Notes under the pieces: model-generated
What the model saw: only the letters and a program-made list of their open reading frames with translations
What the model was told of the DNA's origin: nothing
Database searches by the model: none
Shown here: in pieces, positions 22,101 to 37,100 of the stretch
How the letters are laid out: every line of letters starts with the position of its first letter
Position numbering within the stretch: the stretch's first letter is position 1
Program-made: the position numbers and the translations under genes
Assembly: GCA_964057225.1 (NCBI GenBank)
Contig: OZ059898.1
Location: 14,818,001-14,882,000 of the forward strand
Direction: 5' to 3'
DNA length: 64,000 nucleotides
Source of the DNA: Auanema rhodensis
Lineage: Eukaryota > Animalia > Nematoda

Positions 22101-25100
22101 TACTTCTTCTATCATTTATCTCGAGGAAGTGAGTAAGCAACAAGGGAAGTAACAACGATGAATCGGCCCCGTATTAATTTCTAACAAAAAGATTAAATGC
22201 AGAAAAGAGATTTAGAAGAGAGCTGAATTCAAAATATGGAAATTCAGAAGAGAAGATGCCAAAAGATGGCTTCCCATGCCGGGAATCGAACCCGGGCCGC
22301 GTGGGTGAAAACCACGAATCCTAACCACTAGACCACATGGGACACGTTAACTGTTCTAATGATACTACTTCTTCTATCATTTACCTGAAGGAAGTGAGTA
22401 AGCAACAAGGAAAGTAACAACGATGAATCGGCCCCGTATTAACTTCTAACAAAACGATTAAATGCAGAAAAGAGATTGAAAATAGAGCTGATTTCAAAAT
22501 ATGGAAATTGAGAAGAGAAGATGCCAAAAGATGGCTTCCCATGCCGGGAATCGAACCCGGGCCGCGTGGGTGAAAACCACGAATCCTAACCACTAGACCA
22601 CATGGGACACGTTAACTGTTCTAATGATACTACTTCTTCTATCATTTACCTGAAGGAAGTGAGTAAGCAACAAGGAAAGTAACAACGATGAATCGGCCCC
22701 GTATTAACTTCTAACAAAACGATTAAATGCAGAAAAGAGATTGAAAATAGAGCTGATTTCAAAATATGGAAATTGAGAAGAGAAGATGCCAAAAGATGGC
22801 TTCCCATGCCGGGAATCGAACCCGGGCCGCGTGGGTGAAAACCACGAATCCTAACCACTAGACCACATGGGACACGTTAACTGTTCTAATGATACTACTT
22901 CTTCTATCATTTACCTGAAGGAAGTGAGTAAGCAACAAGGAAAGTAACAACGATGAATCGGCCCCGTATTAACTTCTAACAAAACGATTAAATGCAGAAA
23001 AGAGATTGAAAATAGAGCTGATTTCAAAATATGGAAATTGAGAAGAGAAGATGCCAAAAGATGGCTTCCCATGCCGGGAATCGAACCCGGGCCGCGTGGG
23101 TGAAAACCACGAATCCTAACCACTAGACCACATGGGACACGTTAACTGTTCTAATGATACTACTTCTTCTATCATTTACCTGAAGGAAGTGAGTAAGCAA
23201 CAAGGAAAGTAACAACGATGAATCGGCCCCGTATTAACTTCTAACAAAACGATTAAATGCAGAAAAGAGATTGAAAGTAGAGCTGATTTCAAAATATGGA
23301 AATTGAGAAGAGAAGATGCCAAAAGATGGCTTCCCATGCCGGGAATCGAACCCGGGCCGCGTGGGTGAAAACCACGAATCCTAACCACTAGACCACATGG
23401 GACACGTTAACTGTTCTAATGATACTACTTCTTCTATCATTTACCTGAAGGAAGTGAGTAAGCAACAAGGAAAGTAACAACGATGAATCGGCCCCGTATT
23501 AACTTCTAACAAAACGATTAAATGCAGAAAAGAGATTGAAAGTAGAGCTGATTTCAAAATATGGAAATTGAGAAGAGAAGATGCCAAAAGATGGCTTCCC
23601 ATGCCGGGAATCGAACCCGGGCCGCGTGGGTGAAAACCACGAATCCTAACCACTAGACCACATGGGACACGTTAACTGTCCTTATGATACTACTTCTTCT
23701 ATCATTTATCTCCAGGAAGTGAGTAAGCAACAAGGGAAGTAACAACGATGAATCGGCCCCGTATTAACTTCTAACAAAAAGATTAAATGCAGAAAAGAGA
23801 TTTAGAAGAGAGCTGAATTCAAAATATGGAAATTCAGAAGAGAAGATGCCAAAAGATGGCTTCCCATGCCGGGAATCGAACCCGGGCCGCGTGGGTGAAA
23901 ACCACGAATCCTAACCACTAGACCACATGGGACACGTTAACTGTTCTTATGATACTACTTCTTCTATCATTTATCTCGAGGAAGTGAGTAAGCAACAAGG
24001 GAAGTAACAACGATGAATCGGCCCCGTATTAATTTCTAACAAAAAGATTAAATGCAGAAAAGAGATTTAGAAGAGAGCTGAATTCAAAATATGGAAATTC
24101 AGAAGAGAAGATGCCAAAAGATGGCTTCCCATGCCGGGAATCGAACCCGGGCCGCGTGGGTGAAAACCACGAATCCTAACCACTAGACCACATGGGACAC
24201 GTTAACTGTTCTAATGATACTACTTCTTCTATCATTTACCTGAAGGAAGTGAGTAAGCAACAAGGAAAGTAACAACGATGAATCGGCCCCGTATTAACTT
24301 CTAACAAAACGATTAAATGCAGAAAAGAGATTGAAAATAGAGCTGATTTCAAAATATGGAAATTGAGAAGAGAAGATGCCAAAAGATGGCTTCCCATGCC
24401 GGGAATCGAACCCGGGCCGCGTGGGTGAAAACCACGAATCCTAACCACTAGACCACATGGGACACGTTAACTGTTCTAATGATACTACTTCTTCTATCAT
24501 TTACCTGAAGGAAGTGAGTAAGCAACAAGGAAAGTAACAACGATGAATCGGCCCCGTATTAACTTCTAACAAAACGATTAAATGCAGAAAAGAGATTGAA
24601 AATAGAGCTGATTTCAAAATATGGAAATTGAGAAGAGAAGATGCCAAAAGATGGCTTCCCATGCCGGGAATCGAACCCGGGCCGCGTGGGTGAAAACCAC
24701 GAATCCTAACCACTAGACCACATGGGACACGTTAACTGTCCTTATGATACTACTTCTTCTATCATTTATCTCCAGGAAGTGAGTAAGCAACAAGGGAAGT
24801 AACAACGATGAATCGGCCCCGTATTAACTTCTAACAAAAAGATTAAATGCAGAAAAGAGATTTAGAAGAGAGCTGAATTCAAAATATGGAAATTCAGAAG
24901 AGAAGATGCCAAAAGATGGCTTCCCATGCCGGGAATCGAACCCGGGCCGCGTGGGTGAAAACCACGAATCCTAACCACTAGACCACATGGGACACGTTAA
25001 CTGTTCTTATGATACTACTTCTTCTATCATTTATCTCGAGGAAGTGAGTAAGCAACAAGGGAAGTAACAACGATGAATCGGCCCCGTATTAATTTCTAAC

Positions 25101-28100
25101 AAAAAGATTAAATGCAGAAAAGAGATTTAGAAGAGAGCTGAATTCAAAATATGGAAATTCAGAAGAGAAGATGCCAAAAGATGGCTTCCCATGCCGGGAA
25201 TCGAACCCGGGCCGCGTGGGTGAAAACCACGAATCCTAACCACTAGACCACATGGGACACGTTAACTGTTCTTATGATACTACTTCTTCTATCATTTATC
25301 TCGATGAAGTGAGTAAGCAACAAGGGAAGTAACAATGATGAATTGGTCCCGTATTAACTTCTAACAAAAAGATTAAATGCAGAAAAGAGATTTAGAAGAG
25401 AGCTGAATTCAAAATATGGAAATTCAGAAGAGAAGATGCCAAAAGATGGCTTCCCATGCCGGGAATCGAACCCGGGCCGCGTGGGTGAAAACCACGAATC
25501 CTAACCACTAGACCACATGGGACACGTTAACTGTTCTTATGATACTACTTCTTCTATCATTTATCTCGAGGAAGTGAGTGAGCAACAAGGGAAGTAACAA
25601 CGATGAATCGGCCCCGTATTAACTTCTAACAAAAAGATTAAATGCAGAAAAGAGATTTAGAAGAGAGCTGAATTCAAAATATGGAAATTCAGAAGAGAAG
25701 ATGCCAAAAGATGGCTTCCCATGCCGGGAATCGAACCCGGGCCGCGTGGGTGAAAACCACGAATCCTAACCACTAGACCACATGGGACACGTTAACTGTT
25801 CTTATGATACTACTTCTTCTATCATTTACCTCGAGGAAGTGAGTGAGCAACAAGGGAAGTAACAACGATGAATCGGCCCCGTATTAACTTCTAACAAAAC
25901 GATTAAAAGCAGAAAAGAGATTTAGAAGAGAGTTGATTTCAAAATATGGAAATTCAGAAGAGAAGATGCCAAAAGATGGCTTCCCATGCCGGGAATCGAA
26001 CCCGGGCCGCGTGGGTGAAAACCACGAATCCTAACCACTAGACCACATGGGACACGTTAACTGTTCTTATGATACTACTTCTTCTATCATTTACCTGAAG
26101 GAAGTGAGTAAGCAACAAGGGAAGTAACAACGATGAATCGGCCCCGTATTAACTTCTAACAAAACGATTAAATGCAGAAAAGAGATTTAGAAGAGAGCTG
26201 AATTCAAAATATGGAAATTGAGAAGAGAAGATGCCAAAAGATGGCTTCCCATGCCGGGAATCGAACCCGGGCCGCGTGGGTGAAAACCACGAATCCTAAC
26301 CACTAGACCACATTGGACACGTTAACTGTTCTTATGATACTACTTCTTCTATCATTTATCTCGAGGAAGTGAGTAAGCAACAAGGGAAGTAACAACGACG
26401 AATCGGCCCCGTATTAACTTCTAACAAAACGATTAAAAGCAGAAAAGAGATTTAGAAGAGAGTTGATTTCAAAATATGGAAATTCAGAAGAGAAGATGCC
26501 AAAAGATGGCTTCCCATGCCGGGAATCGAACCCGGGCCGCGTGGGTGAAAACCACGAATCCTAACCACTAGACCACATGGGACACGTTAACTGTTCTTAT
26601 GATACTACTTCTTCTATCATTTATCTCGAGGAAGTGAGTGAGCAACAAGGGAAGTAACAACGATGAATCGGCCCCGTATTAACTTCTAACAAAAAGATTA
26701 AATGCAGAAAAGAGATTTAGAAGAGAGCTGAATTCAAAATATGGAAATTCAGAAGAGAAGATGCCAAAAGATGGCTTCCCATGCCGGGAATCGAACCCGG
26801 GCCGCGTGGGTGAAAACCACGAATCCTAACCACTAGACCACATGGGACACGTTAACTGTTCTTATGATACTACTTCTTCTATCATTTACCTCGAGGAAGT
26901 GAGTGAGCAACAAGGGAAGTAACAACGATGAATCGGCCCCGTATTAACTTCTAACAAAACGATTAAAAGCAGAAAAGAGATTTAGAAGAGAGTTGATTTC
27001 AAAATATGGAAATTCAGAAGAGAAGATGCCAAAAGATGGCTTCCCATGCCGGGAATCGAACCCGGGCCGCGTGGGTGAAAACCACGAATCCTAACCACTA
27101 GACCACATGGGACACGTTAACTGTTCTTATGATACTACTTCTTCTATCATTTACCTGAAGGAAGTGAGTAAGCAACAAGGGAAGTAACAACGATGAATCG
27201 GCCCCGTATTAACTTCTAACAAAACGATTAAATGCAGAAAAGAGATTTAGAAGAGAGCTGAATTCAAAATATGGAAATTGAGAAGAGAAGATGCCAAAAG
27301 ATGGCTTCCCATGCCGGGAATCGAACCCGGGCCGCGTGGGTGAAAACCACGAATCCTAACCACTAGACCACATTGGACACGTTAACTGTTCTTATGATAC
27401 TACTTCTTCTATCATTTATCTCGAGGAAGTGAGTAAGCAACAAGGGAAGTAACAACGACGAATCGGCCCCGTATTAACTTCTAACAAAACGATTAAAAGC
27501 AGAAAAGAGATTTAGAAGAGAGTTGATTTCAAAATATGGAAATTCAGAAGAGAAGATGCCAAAAGATGGCTTCCCATGCCGGGAATCGAACCCGGGCCGC
27601 GTGGGTGAAAACCACGAATCCTAACCACTAGACCACATGGGACACGTTAACTGTTCTAATGATACTACTTCTTCTATCATTTACCTGAAGGAAGTGAGTA
27701 AGCAACAAGGAAAGTAACAACGATGAATCGGCCCCGTATTAACTTCTAACAAAACGATTAAATGCAGAAAAGAGATTGAAAATAGAGCTGATTTCAAAAT
27801 ATGGAAATTGAGAAGAGAAGATGCCAAAAGATGGCTTCCCATGCCGGGAATCGAACCCGGGCCGCGTGGGTGAAAACCACGAATCATAACCACTAGACCA
27901 CATGGGACACGTTAACTGTCCTTATGATACTACTTCTTCTATCATTTATCTCCAGGAAGTGAGTAAGCAACAAGGGAAGTAACAACGATGAATCGGCCCC
28001 GTATTAACTTCTAACAAAAAGATTAAATGCAGAAAAGAGATTTAGAAGAGAGCTGAATTCAAAATATGGAAATTCAGAAGAGAAGATGCCAAAAGATGGC

Positions 28101-31100
28101 TTCCCATGCCGGGAATCGAACCCGGGCCGCGTGGGTGAAAACCACGAATCCTAACCACTAGACCACATGGGACACGTTAACTGTTCTTATGATACTACTT
28201 CTTCTATCATTTATCTCGAGGAAGTGAGTGAGCAACAAGGGAAGTAACAACGATGAATCGGCCCCGTATTAACTTCTAACAAAAAGATTAAATGCAGAAA
28301 AGAGATTTAGAAGAGAGCTGAATTCAAAATATGGAAATTCAGAAGAGAAAATGCCAAAAGATGGCTTCCCATGCCGGGAATCGAACCCGGGCCGCGTGGG
28401 TGAAAACCACGAATCCTAACCACTAGACCACATGGGACACGTTAACTGTTCTTATGATACTACTTCTTCTATCATTTATCTCGAGGAAGTGAGTAAGCAA
28501 CAAGGGAAGTAACAACGATGAATCGGCCCCGTATTAACTTCTAACAAAAAGATTAAATGCAGAAAAGAGATTTAGAAGAGAGCTGAATTCAAAATATGGA
28601 AATTCAGAAGAGAAGATGCCAAAAGATGGCTTCCCATGCCGGGAATCGAACCCGGGCCGCGTGGGTGAAAACCACGAATCCTAACCACTAGACCACATTG
28701 GACACGTTAACTGTTCTTATGATACTACTTCTTCTATCATTTATCTCGAGGAAGTGAGTAAGCAACAAGGGAAGTAACAACGATGAATCGGCCCCGTATT
28801 AACTTCTAACAAATCGATTAAAAGCAGAAAAGAGATTTAGAAGAGAGTTGATTTCAAAATATGGAAATTCAGAAGAGAAGATGCCAAAAGATGGCTTCCC
28901 ATGCCGGGAATCGAACCCGGGCCGCGTGGGTGAAAACCACGAATCCTAACCACTAGACCACATGGGACACGTTAACTGTTCTAATGATACTACTTCTTCT
29001 ATCATTTACCTGAAGGAAGTGAGTAAGCAACAAGGAAAGTAACAACGATGAATCGGCCCCGTATTAACTTCTAACAAAACGATTAAAAGCAGAAAAGAGA
29101 TTTAGAAGAGAGTTGATTTCAAAATATGGAAATTCAGAAGAGAAGATGCCAAAAGATGGCTTCCCATGCCGGGAATCGAACCCGGGCCGCGTGGGTGAAA
29201 ACCACGAATCCTAACCACTAGACCACATTGGACACGTTAACTGTTCTTATGATACTACTTCTTCTATCATTTATCTCGAGGAAGTGAGTAAGCAACAAGG
29301 GAAGTAACAACGATGAATCGGCCCCGTATTAACTTCTAACAAAACGATTAAAAGCAGAAAAGAGATTTAGAAGAGAGTTGATTTCAAAATATGGAAATTC
29401 AGAAGAGAAGATGCCAAAAGATGGCTTCCCATGCCGGGAATCGAACCCGGGCCGCGTGGGTGAAAACCACGAATCCTAACCACTAGACCACATGGGACAC
29501 GTTAACTGTTCTAATGATACTACTTCTTCTATCATTTACCTGAAGGAAGTGAGTAAACAACAAGGAAAGTAACAACGATGAATCGGCCCCGTATTAACTT
29601 CTAAAAAAACGATTAAATGCAGAAAAGGGATTTAGAAGAGAGCTGAATTCAAAATATGGAAATTGAGAAGAGAAGATGCCAAAAGATGGCTTCCCATGCC
29701 GGGAATCGAACCCGGGCCGCGTGGGTGAAAACCACGAATCCTAACCACTAGACCACATGGGACACGTTAACTGTTCTTATGATACTACTTCTTCTATCAT
29801 TTACCTGAAGGAAGTGAGTAAGCAACAAGGGAAGTAACAACGATGAATCGGCCCCGTATTAACTTCTAACAAAACGATTAAAAGCAGAAAAGAGATTTAA
29901 AAGAGAGCTGATTTCAAAATATGGAAATTGAGAAGAGAAGATGCCAAAAGATGGCTTCCCATGCCGGGAATCGAACCCGGGCCGCGTGGGTGAAAACCAC
30001 GAATCCTAACCACTAGACCACATGGGACACGTTAACTGTTCTTATGATACTACTTCTTCTATCATTTACCTGAAGGAAGTGAGTAAGCAACAAGGGAAGT
30101 AACAACGATGAATCGGCCCCGTATTAACTTCTAACAAAACGATTAAATGCAGAAAAGAGATTTAGAAGAGAGCTGAATTCAAAATATGGAAATTGAGAAG
30201 AGAAGATGCCAAAAGATGGCTTCCCATGCCGGGAATCGAACCCGGGCCGCGTGGGTGAAAACCACGAATCCTAACCACTAGACCACATTGGACACGTTAA
30301 CTGTTCTTATGATACTACTTCTTCTATCATTTATCTCGAGGAAGTGAGTAAGCAACAAGGGAAGTAACAACGACGAATCGGCCCCGTATTAACTTCTAAC
30401 AAAACGATTAAAAGCAGAAAAGAGATTTAGAAGAGAGTTGATTTCAAAATATGGAAATTCAGAAGAGAAGATGCCAAAAGATGGCTTCCCATGCCGGGAA
30501 TCGAACCCGGGCCGCGTGGGTGAAAACCACGAATCCTAACCACTAGACCACATGGGACACGTTAACTGTTCTAATGATACTACTTCTTCTATCATTTACC
30601 TGAAGGAAGTGAGTAAACAACAAGGAAAGTAACAACGATGAATCGGCCCCGTATTAACTTCTAACAAAACGATTAAATGCAGAAAAGAGATTTAGAAGAG
30701 AGCTGAATTCAAAATATGGAAATTGAGAAGAGAAGATGCCAAAAGATGGCTTCCCATGCCGGGAATCGAACCCGGGCCGCGTGGGTGAAAACCACGAATC
30801 CTAACCACTAGACCACATGGGACACGTTAACTGTTCTTATGATACTACTTCTTCTATCATTTACCTGAAGGAAGTGAGTAAACAACAAGGAAAGTAACAA
30901 CGATGAATCGGCCCCGTATTAACTTCTAACAAAACGATTAAATGCAGAAAAGAGATTTAGAAGAGAGCTGAATTCAAAATATGGAAATTGAGAAGAGAAG
31001 ATGCCAAAAGATGGCTTCCCATGCCGGGAATCGAACCCGGGCCGCGTGGGTGAAAACCACGAATCCTAACCACTAGACCACATGGGACACGTTAACTGTT

Positions 31101-34100
31101 CTTATGATACTACTTCTTCTATCATTTACCTCGAGGAAGTGAGTAAGCAACAAGGGAAGTAACAACGATGAATCGGCCCCGTATTAACTTCTAACAAAAC
31201 GATTAAAAGCAGAAAAGAGATTTAGAAGAGAGCTGAATTCAAAATATGGAAATTCAGAAGAGAAGATGCCAAAAGATGACTTCCCATGCCGGGAATCGAA
31301 CCCGGGCCGCGTGGGTGAAAACCACGAATCCTAACCACTAGACCACATGGGACACGTTAACTGTTCTTATGATACTACTTCTTCTATCATTTACCTGAAG
31401 GAAGTGAGTAAACAACAAGGAAAGTAACAACGATGAATCGGCCCCGTATTAACTTCTAACAAAACGATTAAATGCAGAAAAGAGATTTAGAAGAGAGCTG
31501 AATTCAAAATATGGAAATTGAGAAGAGAAGATGCCAAAAGATGGCTTCCCATGCCGGGAATCGAACCCGGGCCGCGTGGGTGAAAACCACGAATCCTAAC
31601 CACTAGACCACATGGGACACGTTAACTGTTCTTATGATACTACTTCTTCTATCATTTACCTCGAGGAAGTGAGTAAGCAACAAGGGAAGTAACAACGATG
31701 AATCGGCCCCGTATTAACTTCTAACAAAAAGATTAAATGCAGAAAAGAGATTTAGAAGAGAGCTGAATTCAAAATATGGAAATTGAGAAGAGAAGATGCC
31801 AAAAGATGGCTTCCCATGCCGGGAATCGAACCCGGGCCGCGTGGGTGAAAACCACGAATCCTAACCACTAGACCACATGGGACACGTTAACTGTTCTTAT
31901 GATACTACTTCTTCTATCATTTACCTCGAGGAAGTGAGTAAGCAACAAGGGAAGTAACAACGATGAATCGGCCCCGTATTAACTTCTAACAAAAAGATTA
32001 AATGCAGAAAAGAGATTTAGAAGAGAGCTGAATTCAAAATATGGAAATTCAGAAGAGAAGATGCCAAAAGATGACTTCCCATGCCGGGAATCGAACCCGG
32101 GCCGCGTGGGTGAAAACCACGAATCCTAACCACTAGACCACATGGGACACGTTAACTGTTCTTATGATACTACTTCTTCTATCATTTACCTCGAGGAAGT
32201 GAGTAAGCAACAAGGGAAGTAACAACGATGAATCGGCCCCGTATTAACTTCTAACAAAAAGATTAAATGCAGAAAAGAGATTTAGAAGAGAGCTGAATTC
32301 AAAATATGGAAATTCAGAAGAGAAGATGCCAAAAGATGGCTTCCCATGCCGGGAATCGAACCCGGGCCGCGTGGGTGAAAACCACGAATCCTAACCACTA
32401 GACCACATGGGACACGTTAACTGTTCTTATGATACTACTTCTTCTATCATTTATCTCGAGGAAGTGAGTAAGCAACAAGGGAAGTAACAACGATGAATCG
32501 GCCCCGTATTAACTTCTAACAAAAAGATTAAATGCAGAAAAGAGATTTAGAAGAGAGCTGAATTCAAAATATGGAAATTCAGAAGAGAAGATGCCAAAAG
32601 ATGGCTTCCCATGCCGGGAATCGAACCCGGGCCGCGTGGGTGAAAACCACGAATCCTAACCACTAGACCACATGGGACACGTTAACTGTCCTTATGATAC
32701 TACTTCTTCTATCATTTACCTGAAGGAAGTGAGTAAACAACAAGGAAAGTAACAACGATGAATCGGACCCGTATTAACTTCTAACAAAACGATTAAATGC
32801 AGAAAAGAGATTTAGAAGAGAGCTGAATTCAAAATATGGAAATTGAGAAGAGAAGATGCCAAAAGATGGCTTCCCATGCCGGGAATCGAACCCGGGCCGC
32901 GTGGGTGAAAACCACGAATCCTAACCACTAGACCACATGGGACACGTTAACTGTTCTTATGATACTACTTCTTCTATCATTTACCTCGAGGAAGTGAGTA
33001 AGCAACAAGGGAAGTAACAACGATGAATCGGCCCCGTATTAACTTCTCACAAAACGATTAAATGCAGAAAAGAGATTTAGAAGAGAGCTGAATTCAAAAT
33101 ATGGAAATTGAGAAGAGAAGATGCCAAAAGATGGCTTCCCATGCCGGGAATCGAACCCGGGCCGCGTGGGTGAAAACCACGAATCCTAACCACTAGACCA
33201 CATGGGACACTTTAACTGTTCTTATGATACTACTTCTTCTATCATTTACCTCAAGGAAGTGAGTAAGCAACAAGGGAAGTAACAACGATGAATCGGCCCC
33301 GTATTAACTTCTAACAAAACGATTAAAAGCAGAAAAGAGATTTAGAAGAGAGTTGATTTCAAAATATGGAAATTCAGAAGAGAAGATGCCAAAAGATGGC
33401 TTCCCATGCCGGGAATCGAACCCGGGCCGCGTGGGTGAAAACCACGAATCCTAACCACTAGACCACATTGGACACGTTAACTGTTCTTATGATACTACTT
33501 CTTCTATCATTTATCTCGAGGAAGTGAGTAAGCAACAAGGGAAGTAACAACGATGAATCGGCCCCGTATTAACTTCTAACAAAACGATTAAAAGCAGAAA
33601 AGAGATTTAGAAGAGAGTTGATTTCAAAATATGGAAATTCAGAAGAGAAGATGCCAAAAGATGGCTTCCCATGCCGGGAATCGAACCCGGGCCGCGTGGG
33701 TGAAAACCACGAATCCTAACCACTAGACCACATGGGACACGTTAACTGTTCTAATGATACTACTTCTTCTATCATTTACCTGAAGGAAGTGAGTAAACAA
33801 CAAGGGAAGTAACAACGATGAATCGGCCCCGTATTAACTTCTAACAAAACGATTAAAAGCAGAAAAGAGATTTAGAAGAGAGCTGAATTCAAAATATGGA
33901 AATTCAGAAGAGAAGATGCCAAAAGATGGCTTCCCATGCCGGGAATCGAACCCGGGCCGCGTGGGTGAAAACCACGAATCCTAACCACTAGACCACATTG
34001 GACACGTTAACTGTTCTTATGATACTACTTCTTCTATCATTTATCTCGAGGAAGTGAGTAAGCAACAAGGGAAGTAACAACGATGAATCGGCCCCGTATT

Positions 34101-37100
34101 AACTTCTAACAAAAAGATTAAATGCAGAAAAGAGATTTAGAAGAGAGCTGAATTCAAAATATGGAAATTGAGAAGAGAAGATGCCAAAAGATGGCTTCCC
34201 ATGCCGGGAATCGAACCCGGGCCGCGTGGGTGAAAACCACGAATCCTAACCACTAGACCACATGGGACACGTTAACTGTTCTTATGATACTACTTCTTCT
34301 ATCATTTACCTCGAGGAAGTGAGTAAGCAACAAGGGAAGTAACAACGATGAATCGGCCCCGTATTAACTTCTAACAAAACGATTAAATGCAGAAAAGAGA
34401 TTTAGAAGAGAGCTGAATTCAAAATATGGAAATTGAGAAGAGAAGATGCCAAAAGATGGCTTCCCATGCCGGGAATCGAACCCGGGCCGCGTGGGTGAAA
34501 ACCACGAATCCTAACCACTAGACCACATGGGACACGTTAACTGTCCTTATGATACTACTTCTTCTATCATTTACCTGAAGGAAGTGAGTAAACAACAAGG
34601 AAAGTAACAACGATGAATCGGACCCGTATTAACTTCTAACAAAACGATTAAATGCAGAAAAGAGATTTAGAAGAGAGCTGAATTCAAAATATGGAAATTG
34701 AGAAGAGAAGATGCCAAAAGATGGCTTCCCATGCCGGGAATCGAACCCGGGCCGCGTGGGTGAAAACCACGAATCCTAACCACTAGACCACATGGGACAC
34801 GTTAACTGTTCTTATGATACTACTTCTTCTATCATTTACCTCGAGGAAGTGAGTAAGCAACAAGGGAAGTAACAACGATGAATCGGCCCCGTATTAACTT
34901 CTAACAAAACGATTAAATGCAGAAAAGAGATTTAGAAGAGAGCTGAATTCAAAATATGGAAATTGAGAAGAGAAGATGCCAAAAGATGGCTTCCCATGCC
35001 GGGAATCGAACCCGGGCCGCGTGGGTGAAAACCACGAATCCTAACCACTAGACCACATGGGACACTTTAACTGTTCTTATGATACTACTTCTTCTATCAT
35101 TTACCTCAAGGAAGTGAGTAAGCAACAAGGGAAGTAACAACGATGAATCGGCCCCGTATTAACTTCTAACAAAACGATTAAAAGCAGAAAAGAGATTTAG
35201 AAGAGAGTTGATTTCAAAATATGGAAATTCAGAAGAGAAGATGCCAAAAGATGGCTTCCCATGCCGGGAATCGAACCCGGGCCGCGTGGGTGAAAACCAC
35301 GAATCCTAACCACTAGACCACATTGGACACGTTAACTGTTCTTATGATACTACTTCTTCTATCATTTATCTCGAGGAAGTGAGTAAGCAACAAGGGAAGT
35401 AACAACGATGAATCGGCCCCGTATTAACTTCTAACAAAACGATTAAAAGCAGAAAAGAGATTTAGAAGAGAGCTGAATTCAAAATATGGAAATTGAGAAG
35501 AGAAGATGCCAAAAGATGGCTTCCCATGCCGGGAATCGAACCCGGGCCGCGTGGGTGAAAACCACGAATCCTAACCACTAGACCACATTGGACACGTTAA
35601 CTGTTCTTATGATACTACTTCTTCTATCATTTATCTCGAGGAAGTGAGTAAGCAACAAGGGAAGTAACAACGATGAATCGGCCCCGTATTAACTTCTAAC
35701 AAAACGATTAAATGCAGAAAAGAGATTTAGAAGAGAGCTGAATTCAAAATATGGAAATTGAGAAGAGAAGATGCCAAAAGATGGCTTCCCATGCCGGGAA
35801 TCGAACCCGGGCCGCGTGGGTGAAAACCACGAATCCTAACCACTAGACCACATGGGACACTTTAACTGTTCTTATGATACTACTTCTTCTATCATTTACC
35901 TCGAGGAAGTGAGTAAGCAACAAGGGAAGTAACAACGATGAATCGGCCCCGTATTAACTTCTAACAAAAAGATTAAATGCAGAAAAGAGATTTAGAAGAG
36001 AGCTGAATTCAAAATATGGAAATTGAGAAGAGAAGATGCCAAAAGATGGCTTCCCATGCCGGGAATCGAACCCGGGCCGCGTGGGTGAAAACCACGAATC
36101 CTAACCACTAGACCACATGGGACACGTTAACTGTTCTTATGATACTACTTCTTCTATCATTTACCTCGAGGAAGTGAGTAAGCAACAAGGGAAGTAACAA
36201 CGATGAATCGGCCCCGTATTAACTTCTAACAAAAAGATTAAATGCAGAAAAGAGATTTAGAAGAGAGCTGAATTCAAAATATGGAAATTCAGAAGAGAAG
36301 ATGCCAAAAGATGACTTCCCATGCCGGGAATCGAACCCGGGCCGCGTGGGTGAAAACCACGAATCCTAACCACTAGACCACATGGGACACGTTAACTGTT
36401 CTTATGATACTACTTCTTCTATCATTTATCTCGAGGAAGTGAGTAAGCAACAAGGGAAGTAACAACGATGAATCGGCCCCGTATTAACTTCTAACAAAAA
36501 GATTAAATGCAGAAAAGAGATTTAGAAGAGAGCTGAATTCAAAATATGGAAATTCAGAAGAGAAGATGCCAAAAGATGGCTTCCCATGCCGGGAATCGAA
36601 CCCGGGCCGCGTGGGTGAAAACCACGAATCCTAACCACTAGACCACATGGGACACGTTAACTGTTCTTATGATACTACTTCTTCTATCATTTATCTCGAG
36701 GAAGTGAGTAAGCAACAAGGGAAGTAACAACGATGAATCGGCCCCGTATTAACTTCTAACAAAAAGATTAAATGCAGAAAAGAGATTTAGAAGAGAGCTG
36801 AATTCAAAATATGGAAATTCAGAAGAGAAGATGCCAAAAGATGGCTTCCCATGCCGGGAATCGAACCCGGGCCGCGTGGGTGAAAACCACGAATCCTAAC
36901 CACTAGACCACATGGGACACGTTAACTGTCCTTATGATACTACTTCTTCTATCATTTACCTGAAGGAAGTGAGTAAACAACAAGGAAAGTAACAACGATG
37001 AATCGGACCCGTATTAACTTCTAACAAAACGATTAAATGCAGAAAAGAGATTTAGAAGAGAGCTGAATTCAAAATATGGAAATTGAGAAGAGAAGATGCC

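Noticed and set aside
19996-27893. Twelve repeated 70-aa ORFs (MVRIRGFHPRGPGSIPGMG...)
   Set aside because: They are translations of the tRNA gene plus spacer from a GTG. They appear only where a spacer variant removes a TAG/TAA stop, so they are not protein genes.
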